From: Tubulanus polymorphus
Lineage: Eukaryota > Animalia > Nemertea
Direction: 5' to 3'
DNA length: 64,000 nucleotides
NCBI RefSeq assembly: GCF_964204645.1
Contig: NC_134033.1
Coordinates: 2,500,131 to 2,564,130, forward strand
Each line of letters begins with the position of its first letter. The stretch's first letter is position 1. The position numbers and the translations under genes were made by a program. This document shows positions 29,901 through 39,507 of the stretch, in pieces. Under the pieces are notes generated by a model that saw only the letters and a list, made by a program, of their open reading frames with translations, did no database searches and had not been told where the DNA came from.

Positions 29901-32900
29901 GCCTGTTGTTCCACTAGTTGAAGATACAGTACTGCCTGTTGTTCCACTAGTTGAAGATACAGTACTGCCTGTTGTTACACTAGTTGAGGACACAGTACTG
30001 CCTGTTGTTCCACTAGTTGGGGACACAGTACTGCCTGTTGTTCCACTAGGTGAGGACATAGTAGTGCCTGTTGTTCCACTAGTTGGAAATACAGTACTGC
30101 CTGTTGTTCCACTAGGTGAGGACACAGTACTGCCTGTTGTTCCACTAGTTGGAAATACAGTACTGCCTGTTGTTCCACTAGGTGAGGACATAGTAGTGCC
30201 TGTTGCTCCAGTAGTTGATGACACAGTACTGCCGGTTGTTCCACTGGGTGAGGACACAGTACTGCCTGTTGTTCCACTTGTTGATGACACAGTACTGCCT
30301 GTTGTTCCACTAGTTGGGAATACAGTACTGCCTGTTGTTCCACCAGTTGTCGATGCACTACTGCCTGATGTTCCACTAGTTGGGGATACAGTACTGCCTG
30401 ATGTTCCACTAGTTGAGGACACAGTACTGCCTGATGTTCCACTAGTTGAGGACACAGTACTGCCTGTTGTTCCACTAGTTGGAAATACAGTACTGCCTGT
30501 TGTTCCACTAGGTGAGGACATAGTAGTGCCTGTTGCTCCAGTAGTTGAGGACACAGTACTGCCTGTTGTTCCACTAGTTGGGGACACAGTACTGCCTGTT
30601 GTTCCACTAGTTGATGACACAGTACTGCCGGTTGTTCCACTGGGTGAGGACACAGTACTGCCTGTTGTTCCACTAGTTGATGACACAGTACTGCCTGTTG
30701 TTCCACTAGTTGGGAATACAGTACTGCCTGTTGTTCCACCAGTTGTCGATGCACTACTGCCTGATATTCCACTAGTTGAGGACAGAGTAGAGGAGCTGAC
30801 AGTTGACGACGACAAAGACAAATTCCAATCCGATGGTGAGCTTGTCTCGGTATTCCCCGAAGTTGACGTGTCCACATTAGTGGAACTGACAGTTGACGAA
30901 AATGTTGATGAATCCGCTGGTGAGGTCGTCTCGGTGCTCGCCGAGGTTGACGTGTCCACGTTAGTGGAACTAACAGTTGACGAAAATGTTGATAAATCCG
31001 TCGATGAACTCGTTTCGGTGCTCGTCAAGGTTGATGTATCTACGGCAGTGGAGCTAACAGTCGGGAACGACGTAGATGAATATGTTGACGAGATCGTCTC
31101 GGTGCTTGCTGAAGTTGATGAGTCTACCGTAGAGGAGCTGACCGTCGACGAAAATGTTGATGAATCCGTTGATGAACTCGTCTCGGTGCTCGCCGAGGTT
31201 GACGTGTCTACCGTAGAAGAGCTGACAGTCGAGGAAGACGTAGACGAATCCGTTGGTGAACTCGTCTTGGTGCTCGCCGAGGTTGACGTGTCTACCGTAG
31301 AAGAGCTGACAGTCGAGGACGGCGAAGACAAATTCCAAACCGATGGTGAGCTTGTCTCGGTACTCCCCGAAGTTGACGTATCCACGTTAGTGGAACTGAC
31401 AGTTGATGAAAATGTTGATGAATCCGTTGGTGAACTCGTCTCGGTGCTCGCCGAAGTTGATGATGCAGTACCGGCTGCTGTACTTGTCTCAGTAGATATT
31501 GGTGAATGAGATGAAGTTGTTGATTCAGTTGTTTTCAATGTAGTTGTTGTGGTCGTTACTACTTTTCGTACGCAATTTATTGCATGAGTGTCGTTGTGTA
31601 TAACGCAATCGTATCCCGCTGGACATGTTTTCTTCTTTGCACACGGATCTGCCTTTTTTACCGCCGCTGAAAACATAAGACAACAAAATTGGTTCTTTGT
31701 GAGGGGTCGCAATGTCGCCAATTGTGTATTTTCATAACAGGTCAAAGCAGAACACGACTCGCACAGTAAACCCCTCATGTCATCATATGGAATTATGGAT
31801 GAACCTCAAGGTTGATTCGGAAATAACTAGATTTACATAGGATAGAAAGTTTTTTCCAAACCAGGGGGGGGGGACCGGTTGCATAGTCAAGACCAACTTG
31901 ACTCTATAGCCGATCTAACAACTTAAGATCAATCTTAAGACTTAAGACCTTTTTGACTTAAGTCATGACTGTGCAACTGGCCCCCGGACTTTTGGTTTCC
32001 TTGAGTTGATATTAGGTAAGTCAGTTGGCTGCAGAGATATTGATCCTACTTCTAATGGGGTGGATTTTGTACTTTCATTGCCATTTTGAATGATCTTTCT
32101 CTAACTCACTTTTAATTGACTTGGAAATACTGTTATTCAAACTCTTCATATTGACTGTCGTGCCGTTCAAACTAATATTCTTCGCAGTTTCAAGAATCAG
32201 TTGTTGAAACTTTTGCAAATCCGCCATGTTCACGTTGAAATTGAATTCGACCGCCACGCTTCCATTTCTGAAACGTACGAAGATATATACGCCACTTATT
32301 ACTCGGGAATTCCCGATCGGGTCGTACGAGGCTTGGACGTGGGCAGAGGAAGGTCCCGGGAGTACCACCTATATGTAAGCCTTCCAAAATTCCCTTAGAA
32401 GATTTAAAATCCTTTTACACTGAAGACAACTCTTACACTGACTAACTCTGCTCAATGCGATGGTGCTGCGCAGATGGTGCACAGGGAATTGCACAATTTT
32501 ATTTAAGATGATGCTAGCCCGAAAAACAAACAAAAACAATTCTTTAAACATGTCCTGTGTCTTTGTTTGTCGTTGAAATGTTATGCCGACTGTGCTTTAG
32601 GCTTTAGATTTGATGTTGAAATTTAACCAATGTTGTTCAAATCTTTCCATATTTTCGGCCAAAATTGTAACCTCATTAAATAGAGTAAGCTCAAACCTGT
32701 ATCCACCCAAATCCAGTTGATTACATCCGGGTAAATGGCGACATACTTCGTCCATCTGAAAAATATGGAATTTCTCTTCAAAATCAAATGGTGCCGACTT
32801 CAAAAGCTCGACAAACCTTAATGAAAATCTCTTTTTAGGATTAAAAAGAAATTCTAGATCCTCGGTTTCCCAAGATTAACCTTATTGGATTGTTCATTAA

Positions 32901-33598
32901 ACCTCCCGACGAGATCATGGCATTTTAAGTGTTGCCCGCACACTGTAAGCAGCCAGCAGGACGGAACCTGCTTACCGAATCAACTGCTGTTTTTAAAGTA
33001 GTTATACCTTCGCTTGTAAATAGCTGGAGACGTCTCGATATATCTGTGTTTGATTGTTCGCCAGATCGGCTATAAAAGGTGTGTCGAATGTCATCGTGAT
33101 TTTGTTTGATATCGACACATTCGCTGGAATGATATATTTAGAAACAAAATGAACGAATTTAACGTCATTAGCCTTTAAAATGATACCTTGTTTCTCACTT
33201 CTGCTGAGCTTTAGAGTAGACCTGGGGGCCGCCTATCTACTCTGTACATAAGTTTTTTTAAAATCATGATCAAACTAACAATAAAAAACCCGGCAATTGT
33301 TGAAATAAACTGATCACAAAATATATTGCAGTTTACAAAAGTGACCCGGCCGACTATGGGAAACAAGGTATCAACTTTTTCAGCTTTAGGCGAAATATTT
33401 CCACTGAAAAAAGTCGTAAGTAAATGTCATAATGAACGGAAAGAATTTCTAAATTTATGATTCGACCAACTTTTCGGTTTTTGTACCTGGGATTATTTCT
33501 GTTATCACGGTGGTATTCGTCTGAGATTTGATGCGTAGAATATGAAGTAATCCGAATAGTCCGGTGACTAGAATACTGTACGGCTGACTTGCGGCCAT
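2385..33598 (-). CDS. Giant type-I transmembrane mucin with 6 SEA domains, 5 PTS domains, 4-Cys modules and an EGF domain (about 8,280 aa, 28 coding exons)
   Basis: Exons 5'->3': 33598-33487, 33123-33008, 32755-32697, 32267-32110, 31666-27818, 27712-27597, 27499-27441, 27334-27150, 26970-23917, 23813-23698, 23600-23542, 23435-23251, 23068-20756, 20649-20534, 20428-20370, 20263-20079, 19899-16729, 16544-16429, 16255-16197, 16120-15936, 15749-6180, 6082-5967, 5858-5794, 5163-4970, 4462-4291, 3831-3649, 2978-2858, 2534-2385. All introns are GT-AG and phases are consistent. The sum is 24,843 nt = 8,281 codons including TAA. Confidence 0.88.
3054..3365 (+). mobile_element. tRNA-derived SINE with a CORE-like central domain (intronic)
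   Basis: A box TGGCCGAGTTG (3062-3072) and B box GGTTCGACCCC (3107-3117). Then GTCCTCGGGCAAGACACTT...TGCCTC...GTAGATGGG, which resembles the CORE-SINE domain. The 3' end GCGCTATAGAAAT resembles LINE-derived tails. Confidence 0.7.
3649..3831 (-). CDS. Mucin exon: EGF C-terminal half plus transmembrane helix
   Basis: CSDGYSGTRCE...VGVIIGLSLAGCLILFIVIAVILLCCMRRQSR: a hydrophobic span followed by CC and basic residues. 183 nt, phase 2-2. Not in the ORF track. Confidence 0.9.
4291..4462 (-). CDS. Mucin exon: 4-Cys module plus EGF N-terminal part
   Basis: PCAVIDICPYGYNCFVTTPGTFRALC-RSK-CLDFKCGNNGICQITNNTPVC. It joins the next exon to give the canonical EGF ending CxCxxGYxGxxC. Confidence 0.9.
4970..6082 (-). 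CDS. SEA domain 6 (membrane-proximal), exons of 116/65/194 nt
   Basis: NKTLPIKISLTLLTTFIPAFNNPKSNAYQAFVRKIKLA-LEQKLSSRNILGYKGVGIIGLR-NGSTIVDVNVLY. Shows the SEA pattern and an LRNG/STIV motif. Confidence 0.85.
6180..15749 (-). CDS. PTS exon 5 (9,570 nt, 3,190 codons): 4-Cys module plus about 280 11-aa repeats
   Basis: Begins LQIDPCSAVGLCPNGFTCIVLNGNTTKVTC, continues as (TSGTTGSTVS[S/P])n, and ends PIPNF. Acceptor TAG at 15752-15750, donor GTTAGT at 6179. Phase 1-1. Confidence 0.9.
6280..15560. repeat. 33-bp coding tandem repeat, largest block; also at about 16870-19690, 21460-22860, 24490-26760 and 28390-30785
   Basis: Plus-strand consensus CAGTACTGCCTGTTGTTCCACTAGTTGAGGA(C/T)A. Roughly 550 units in total, estimated as length/33. 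Confidence 0.97.
15936..16544 (-). CDS. SEA domain 5, exons of 116/59/185 nt
   Basis: NATLSVPFSISFNVLFNTNYNNQSSQDYVTFVSKINQA-LTALFSNIPGFSALKIKNIR-QGSVIVDFGISANL...TTESIK. Confidence 0.88.
16729..19899 (-). CDS. PTS exon 4 (3,171 nt)
   Basis: MRIDPCSAVNVCPNGYTCFLHDRNSTNVTC followed by repeats. Donor GTAAGT at 16728. Phase 1-1. Confidence 0.88.
20079..20649 (-). CDS. SEA domain 4, exons of 116/59/185 nt
   Basis: NKSVPVPLGMKFTIPFNPNYNNPSSPEYKAFESKIHQA-LMKMFANVPGLASIKIRKIS-QGSVTVDFEMVMNL. Confidence 0.88.
20756..23068 (-). CDS. PTS exon 3 (2,313 nt)
   Basis: MRVDPCSVVNVCPSGYTCFLHDKNSTNVTC, then 11-aa repeats, then degenerate 28-aa acidic repeats. Phase 1-1. Confidence 0.87.
23251..23813 (-). 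CDS. SEA domain 3, exons of 116/59/185 nt
   Basis: Near-identical to SEA2 and very similar to SEA4. Carries ISQG/SVTV. Confidence 0.88.
23917..26970 (-). CDS. PTS exon 2 (3,054 nt)
   Basis: The N-terminal part matches PTS3 and the C-terminal part matches PTS1. Phase 1-1. Confidence 0.87.
27150..27712 (-). CDS. SEA domain 2, exons of 116/59/185 nt
   Basis: Copy of SEA3 including introns, offset about 3,900 bp. Carries ISQG/SVTV. Confidence 0.88.
27818..31666 (-). CDS. PTS exon 1 (3,849 nt)
   Basis: AVKKADPCAKKKTCPAGYDCVIHNDTHAINC, then 28-aa repeats, 11-aa repeats and more 28-aa repeats. Acceptor CAG at 31669-31667. Confidence 0.87.
30790..31460. repeat. 84-bp (28-aa) diverged coding repeat, STSASTETSSPTDSSTSSSTVSSSTVDT-like
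   Basis: CTCGCCGAGGTTGACGTG recurs at 31189 and 31273. Related degenerate units end PTS1-3. Confidence 0.8.
31871..31984. mobile_element. Short MITE, family B (about 115 bp, about 19-bp TIR)
   Basis: GGGACCGGTTGCATAGTCA ... TGACTGTGCAACTGGCCCC. Related copies at 46795-47070, 49108-49229, 56140-56215 and 56885-57000. Confidence 0.7.
32110..33123 (-). CDS. SEA domain 1 (N-terminal), exons of 116/59/158 nt
   Basis: NVSISNKITMTFDTPFIADLANNQTQIYRDVSSYLQAK-MDEVCRHLPGCNQLDLGGYR-NGSVAVEFNFNV. Same intron phases as the other SEA domains and the same 116/59 first two exons as SEA2-5. Confidence 0.85.
33170..33390. mobile_element. MITE family C (PIF/Harbinger-like), diverged copy
   Basis: TGATACCTTGTTTC...GAAACAAGGTATCA inverted ends. 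Colinear with 44909-45126. Partial reverse-orientation copies at 36932-37075 and 41720-41825. Confidence 0.7.
33487..33598 (-). CDS. Mucin first coding exon with signal peptide
   Basis: CAAAATGG start context; MAASQPYSILVTGLFGLLHILRIKSQTNTTVITEIIP. The phase-1 donor fits SEA1. An acceptor 30 nt upstream (33631-33629) implies a further 5' exon. Confidence 0.75.
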
Positions 33599-36500
33599 TT
33601 TGATTATCGTAACTCGCGCAGCGTCTTCCTGAAAGTGAATCGATTATGAAAATAATTCATTATAAGTGCATTACATTATACTAACTTAAAGTATGATGAA
33701 ATAAGAAAGCTTTTAACAACTTAAAGAAAACGATAGGATACAAATATCTTCTAAGTAAAGGTGTTTTTTATCAGATAAAAGGGATTCGACATTTTGGATT
33801 TCTATTCCTAGATGATAGTCACCGAGAGGCATGAAAAACCGAAAAACCTCTCCTATCTAACCTCACAGCTATCAACGATGATTTTATATATGTTACAGAA
33901 TATGTGAGCTACGGTACACGATGATTTACAATGTTTTTATTATAGATTCGTTCGTCCAACTCTTCAGTCGCTGAATAATCCATGAACACATCATTGTATA
34001 TCGCGGACAGCTTGCAGAATTAGCGAGCCATTAGTACATCTTCGAAATACTAATTTCGCGTCGTTTTTTAGAATACTGTTACCAAAAAGATTGAAATGCT
34101 TGTTCACGCGAAGAATACCTCTCTTTTTCTTTTGAATTGAAAAGATTTATTTCAGGTTTGTTAACCTCAAACCACTGAACACCACATAGGGCATTATTAG
34201 CTTCGATATTTCTTCTTCCCAATTGGGGAAAGACCTAACAAGAAAGTTCGACTAAGAAACTCTTTCGCCGTCAGGATTCGAAACCATGAATCCTTGTTTG
34301 ACGAGACCAGTGAACGGCGATACCAGTTAAATGCAGGTCACTGCGGCCCTTTGTTATTGAAACGGGCGACCAGTCTAAATTTTGTGACTATTTTCAAAAA
34401 CGTAAGTGCGTCTACGTATGTAAGTAACTTTAGCGATGTTTGAAGCAGGGGGGGGGGCGTATTTCATAAAAGGTGTTAAAAGTCGGTTTCGTCTGTTCCC
34501 CCAGCAGACGACAGACACAATGTGTCAACACGAAAGACATTCAATGAACATTCTACGACGATCGCGATTTGTAGAATGCGTTGTTGACACGAAATTTCAC
34601 GTGTGAAATTGCCCCTCGCTGTTTGTCCTAATCAAACTCTTATTTAACGGTAATTTTAAATGTACGAACCAGAATACAACGGAATCTACTCAAGGTTTAA
34701 TATAAACTAGATATGTACATATTTACTGGAGGACGTTGGCTTTTCCATATACGTATATCTGCGTGTATTACAACGACCCAGCCCAATAATCAACACTTGC
34801 GAGTCCGAGACTTTTGAAATGTCGCAGACGTTGACAGAAATCTTCGGAACTATCATTTTCGCTTTTAATTTTCATTTCTGCTTGATTCGCGTTTTTGAAA
34901 TTCTAAAAATGTCCCACCTATCGGGAGAGATGTTCATCATTTCCAAATCTTATTTTCATTTAACTTAACATTTTTTTCAAACTTTGAAAAATGTCCCACA
35001 TATTGGGAGGGAACAGTTTCTGAATTATTATTTTCCCCTTTTTTAAACCTAAATTTCCAATTTACATTTTTCGAAATTTTAGATATATCTTCCACATGTT
35101 GCGTAAGATCTTTCGAATCGTCACTTTAAATTTTCTATATTTCTTTAGCTGAACTTAAATATTACGGTGAGCGCGTAGAGTATTTTCGTGAAAAGAAGGA
35201 AAACCTTTAAAAATGTCCAACATGTTTTGGCAGAGATATTTTCCATACGATTCATTTTAGCTTTCACTTTTTTTCTAGAAAATAGCCCGACCGCTTGTGG
35301 ATGACGGTTCAGACCGGTTCAATTGATAAATGTTTCACACCTTCAGTAAGCTCTTATACTTTTCTTCGAATGGTTTTTTAAAAAGAAAGTGAATAAAGAT
35401 GATAATGATATTCTTAATGTCGTTGCGAAACTTGAATTTGAAGAAGTGTTATTGGAAATATGTCATCGGGCGGTTATACTAGAAATTAATACCTGAAATG
35501 TATTCCAATTGATTCATTGCCACTTAAGTAAGAGTTTACAAAATTGTGTGAATACTTATATACGCATTTTTTTTCTTTTTCGCTTATTAACCGAATATCG
35601 ACAAGAATAGGCAAAACCAGATACGTTGAAATATTGAAAATAGAGTTTATTGACGCCTTTCAAAAATTACATATTATATTCGTAATGTCGTAGACAATGA
35701 ATAACACGATAACGCTTATGAATTAAGGATCGGTGAAGTCATTTGAATTTGAATGCATCGACAATTGAATCGAACGGATCGGTAACCAGTTTAGCCCAAA
35801 TATTGATGACGTATAGTGCCATCCACTACCTCGATGTACCCTAATTACCATCGAAAATTCATCCTCAACAGACATGAAAATGATGAATTAAAAGTAAGTA
35901 TCATAAACTAAAAAGCAAACGCCGTTATTCACAATATCGTTATATTCTAATTTCGATGACTATTGATGGCGTAGGAATTTGGAATTTGAAAAAGGATAAT
36001 TCGCTAATCAGCTTGAGGGTTTCTGAAACAGAATTACCATATATAGAAATAAGCCCCTAAATCCACTGCCTACTAATGACGCTAATCTGAGAGGCAAATT
36101 ACGAGATAGACGCACATTTTATATATTTTCGTTATCAATCTCATTTCGTTTCGTTATCGTAGTTTAAACTTCGATATTTACATAAACCTGTATATGAAGC
36201 GATGTACATAGTATCGAAATGATAATCAATCGATAGGCCTAGTAGGTATGAAGGCAATAATACTATAATTACCAGCAAGCATAAACATTATTTTGCTTGA
36301 AGAAATTGAAAATTATGTCTACGGTGATTCATACCCGCACGCGAATTCACGTCTTCTGGGACGATAGTAAAAGAAAGAATGTTTCTTTCGATTTTGATTT
36401 CCCAAAAGATTAATTTTTCCCATATATAATACTCTATTAATACGGTGTCTTTCCAAATGGAAGGAAACCCGACGAAAGTATAATCCCATACCGAAGTTCT

Positions 36501-37886
36501 TAGAGTAGATTTTCCCGATTCCGAAGAATCAGGATTTCAGTACGTCTAATTACTATTAAGGTTATGCACATACGAGCTTAGATATCACCTTTTTTTCTGG
36601 CACGTTTTTGCAGAGTTCGACGATAAAACATTTGAAATCGAATATACGTCCTCGTGGCTTTATCTCACGGGTCCTCCCAAAAAATAAATACAGGCTATTT
36701 CAAAACAGTTTAGATATCCACTTTTCAAAGAGAATATAATGATATGGTCTGTCAAAAATGAACTATAGTTGTTGTTGACTCATAGTGCTTTTTGAAAGCC
36801 AAGAGTCATTTAAATCGCCCAGATTACAGATTTGAATTCAATTGCTCCATAAATTTTACAAGGTTTTTCGAGCACAGAATAAAGAAAATAAACAGTTCAC
36901 AGTGGTATAACGGTCGTTTAAAGCGATATAATAAGGCTAAAAATGATATACCGTGTTTCACCTAACTGGCCGGGTCATTTTGGAAACTGCAATGAAATGT
37001 GTACTTGATTCATTTCTATAGCAGCCAGCTTGATCGTGATTTCAGAAAAAAGTTCAGGGTATATAGTCGACTTTTTTTACCTCGCCAGAAATGATAAACG
37101 CTACTTGCTCGCGTAAGACGCTTGCGTTTTGCTATCTAAATAGATTCATGAATTTTTCATGAATTTTCATATCGACGTGATAATACACACACGTTCATTT
37201 ACACAGCGCTGGCGTCGTGAGGTTATCAGCTTTTACTGTAAATATACTGCTAGCCTTCTTCAGACGCTTGGGTTTTTTTTATCTAAATAAGTTGATAATT
37301 TCTTTTTTAAATTTAAATTCGGGTTAGTCACTAGACTTTGCGCTACCGACACGTACTGTCGTCTAAGATAGTCGGGGAATGCTCTCCGATATAAGACGGT
37401 ATTCATCAGCGAGTTTGTACAGGATATACACGCCGTTCGGTACAAAGTCGTTTCATTTCGGCCGGTATTTCCATATCCATAACCCGAACACAAAGTTCTC
37501 TGAATTCTGACTCAAATTCAACTTATAGGATTCTGACTAGTACATTTTCAATAAATCGGTTCACCTAAATATCTAAAAACCTTTCGATCATATCCGTATG
37601 AGTAAATAATTCAGATAAACCGATTTAACAATTCTAAGTTCTTATTAAATAATAAATGAAATATATAGATATTCACGCGCACGGTCCGCGCTGCCTTTAC
37701 CTGTCGATAGAGACCGCTTTGACCCGCGGCTTGAAGTATTATACCTCGCTATAGATTTCTAACGGGTAGGTTACGAAGCAAGCTTATAGAAACTCACCTG
37801 AAAATCCGCGTAAATTCGGCGGTAGAATTTCGATGTTAGTTCCTGGCCGTTGTACTTTGCGATAGCTTATGCTCGAAATTCAACAG

Positions 37887-38065
37887 GTTTCACGAAACCG
37901 ATCGACGAGTTCTGTTCGCTGTACAAATACGGCGACGGGCTCTTTACTTGGGCGTGGTGCTCATTGCGACGATATCGGACCGCACTCGGGCGCCCCTTCA
38001 ACGACCAACTCCTCGCTGTTATCGACGGCAATCCTCCCATCGTCACCGCAAAGATCAAGTCGTAA
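37887..38065 (+). other. GC-rich exon-like island of unresolved strand and frame
   Basis: Follows CAACAG. One plus frame has C-ending codon bias (FTKPIDEFCSLYKYGDGLFTWAWCSLRRY...), but all three plus frames and one minus frame are open. No consistent gene model could be built. Confidence 0.25.
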
Positions 38066-38459
38066 CCTAATACGATAAAAAAAAAACGGTTTTTGAGACC
38101 GTGGAATTTTCAGTCGGAAACGCGTAAGCGTGATCGGTATGGCTAATTCGTTGAACTATATATGGGACATCTTGAAATTTAATTTCAAAACGGTTTTGAT
38201 TTGACTGCGCCTCTTTGGCAATAGTTAAATTTTTCCGAAGTGAATTTTACACTGAATTGGCCAAAATCGTCCCGACGTTCGCAAGCAGGGCCCGATCTTG
38301 ATCTACATTGCGTGATTAAATTCCTGTACATATTTCTCAGTCATTGCGTGGCGGACGATTCGACGAGGCTTATGGTATTTTTCGAAGTATTTTCACGTTA
38401 GTCAAAAAATGTACGGCAGTTTTTCTCGGCAGTGGAAATTTGAATGGAACTCGCAGTCA

Positions 38460-38761
38460 AATTAAACCCGCACAATATTACTGTGGAACTGGATTCAGAG
38501 TCAAATTAAGCCCGCACAACACTGTGGAACTGGATCAAGAGACAAAATAAACCCTGACAACTGTGGAACTGAGTCCAGAAACGAATTAAACACACACAAC
38601 TGTGGGACTGGGTTCAGAGTCGAATTAGATCCACACGTCAACTGTGTAAGTGGATTCGAAGTCAAGCCAACACAACTGTGGAACTGGGTTTATAGTCAAA
38701 TCAACATTGCAGATCTGAGTCAAAAGTCGAATTAAATCCACATAACTGTGGAACTGGGTTC
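38460..38761. repeat. Degenerate 39-41-bp tandem array derived from the MITE family A terminus
   Basis: ACTGTGGAACTGG-like cores at 38481, 38522, 38561, 38600, 38642, 38676 and 38746. Confidence 0.75.
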
Positions 38762-39241
38762 GGTAATCTTTCTAGTTTGGGCGCGGTTTTTTACTAGATA
38801 TTGTTTACATTCATATATAGCAGCCGATCCTTTACATAATATCAGCGCGTCAATCGGCTCGTTGAAGAGCTATCTCGCAGTACGAACCGTTCTCTTCACA
38901 CGACCGTCAAGTACATTCAAAGAATAAACGTTCGATCGAAAAGCAAATTTGTCCCGGTACAAATTTAAAAATTTGTCAACGCTGTTTATGTACACATCCG
39001 CGCGTTTATAGTCTCGCCAAATATGTAAAGTAACTTGAAACGGAATCTCAGTTCATCTCATACTTGACCCTTTTCATAGTAGCAACACTTAGCTATTCCA
39101 AGGTTTGTTCGTCGATGTGAAGTTAGCAAATGAAGATTGATTGATTCGCTCCTTGTTTCTCTCTTTCTTCTAGTACTTTGGAAACGTCTTAATTGAATTA
39201 ATTACCCAAATTACGACGTTCTTTGTCCTATCAGTTGGCTG

Positions 39242-39507
39242 CAGGGGTGGATATAGGGAAATTGGAAGGCCGGGCTCCAGAAGAAAAGAAAAGGCATTTC
39301 TAAGATAAAGCAGCCATGTCAAAGGCCTCAATTGGGGTTCCGCTGACGGTTTCAGATATTTTTGAAGAAAGGTACCTGCGAAATGTTGAAATTTGCAAGA
39401 GGATGAATGTCAAATCTACAGAGTTTAACGATCTCTGTTTCGAAGAAAATGGCAACCTCAATGGGAAGGCAATGCACACTCTAGACCATCCTCTGAATCC
39501 GCCCCTG
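39242..39507. mobile_element. Probable non-autonomous DNA transposon remnant
   Basis: CAGGGGTGGAT ... ATCCGCCCCTG inverted ends. No clear TSD. Confidence 0.45.

Noticed and set aside
6280-30785. CRISPR-like or ice-binding interpretation of the 33-bp / 11-aa repeat
   Set aside because: Units are head-to-tail with no unique spacers and there are no cas genes; the DNA is eukaryotic. The 11-residue Thr periodicity recalls type I antifreeze proteins, but those are Ala-rich helices, and the SEA/EGF/TM context indicates an O-glycosylated mucin.
6252-30877. Many minus-strand 'MEQQAVL.PQLV' ORFs
   Set aside because: These are an alternative frame of the same 33-bp repeat, repeatedly broken by stops wherever the mucin frame has ATA-G or ATG-A. 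Only the S/T/G frame is continuous and splices to the SEA exons.
6275-31509. Huge plus-strand ORFs (2629, 524, 1037, 472, 977 and 1228 aa) of (VLPVVPLVEDT)n
   Set aside because: These are antisense shadows. In this register a stop arises only when the mucin has a Tyr, His or Gln codon after T (or Tyr after C), and the repeat almost lacks these residues. The ORF breaks exactly at such points, for example ACT-CAG at 14164 and ACT-TAT at 21459. They are coextensive with the PTS exons and have no domains of their own.
38460-38761. Repeat-spacer-like array resembling CRISPR
   Set aside because: The apparent spacers are homologous to each other, and the core matches the MITE family A terminus.
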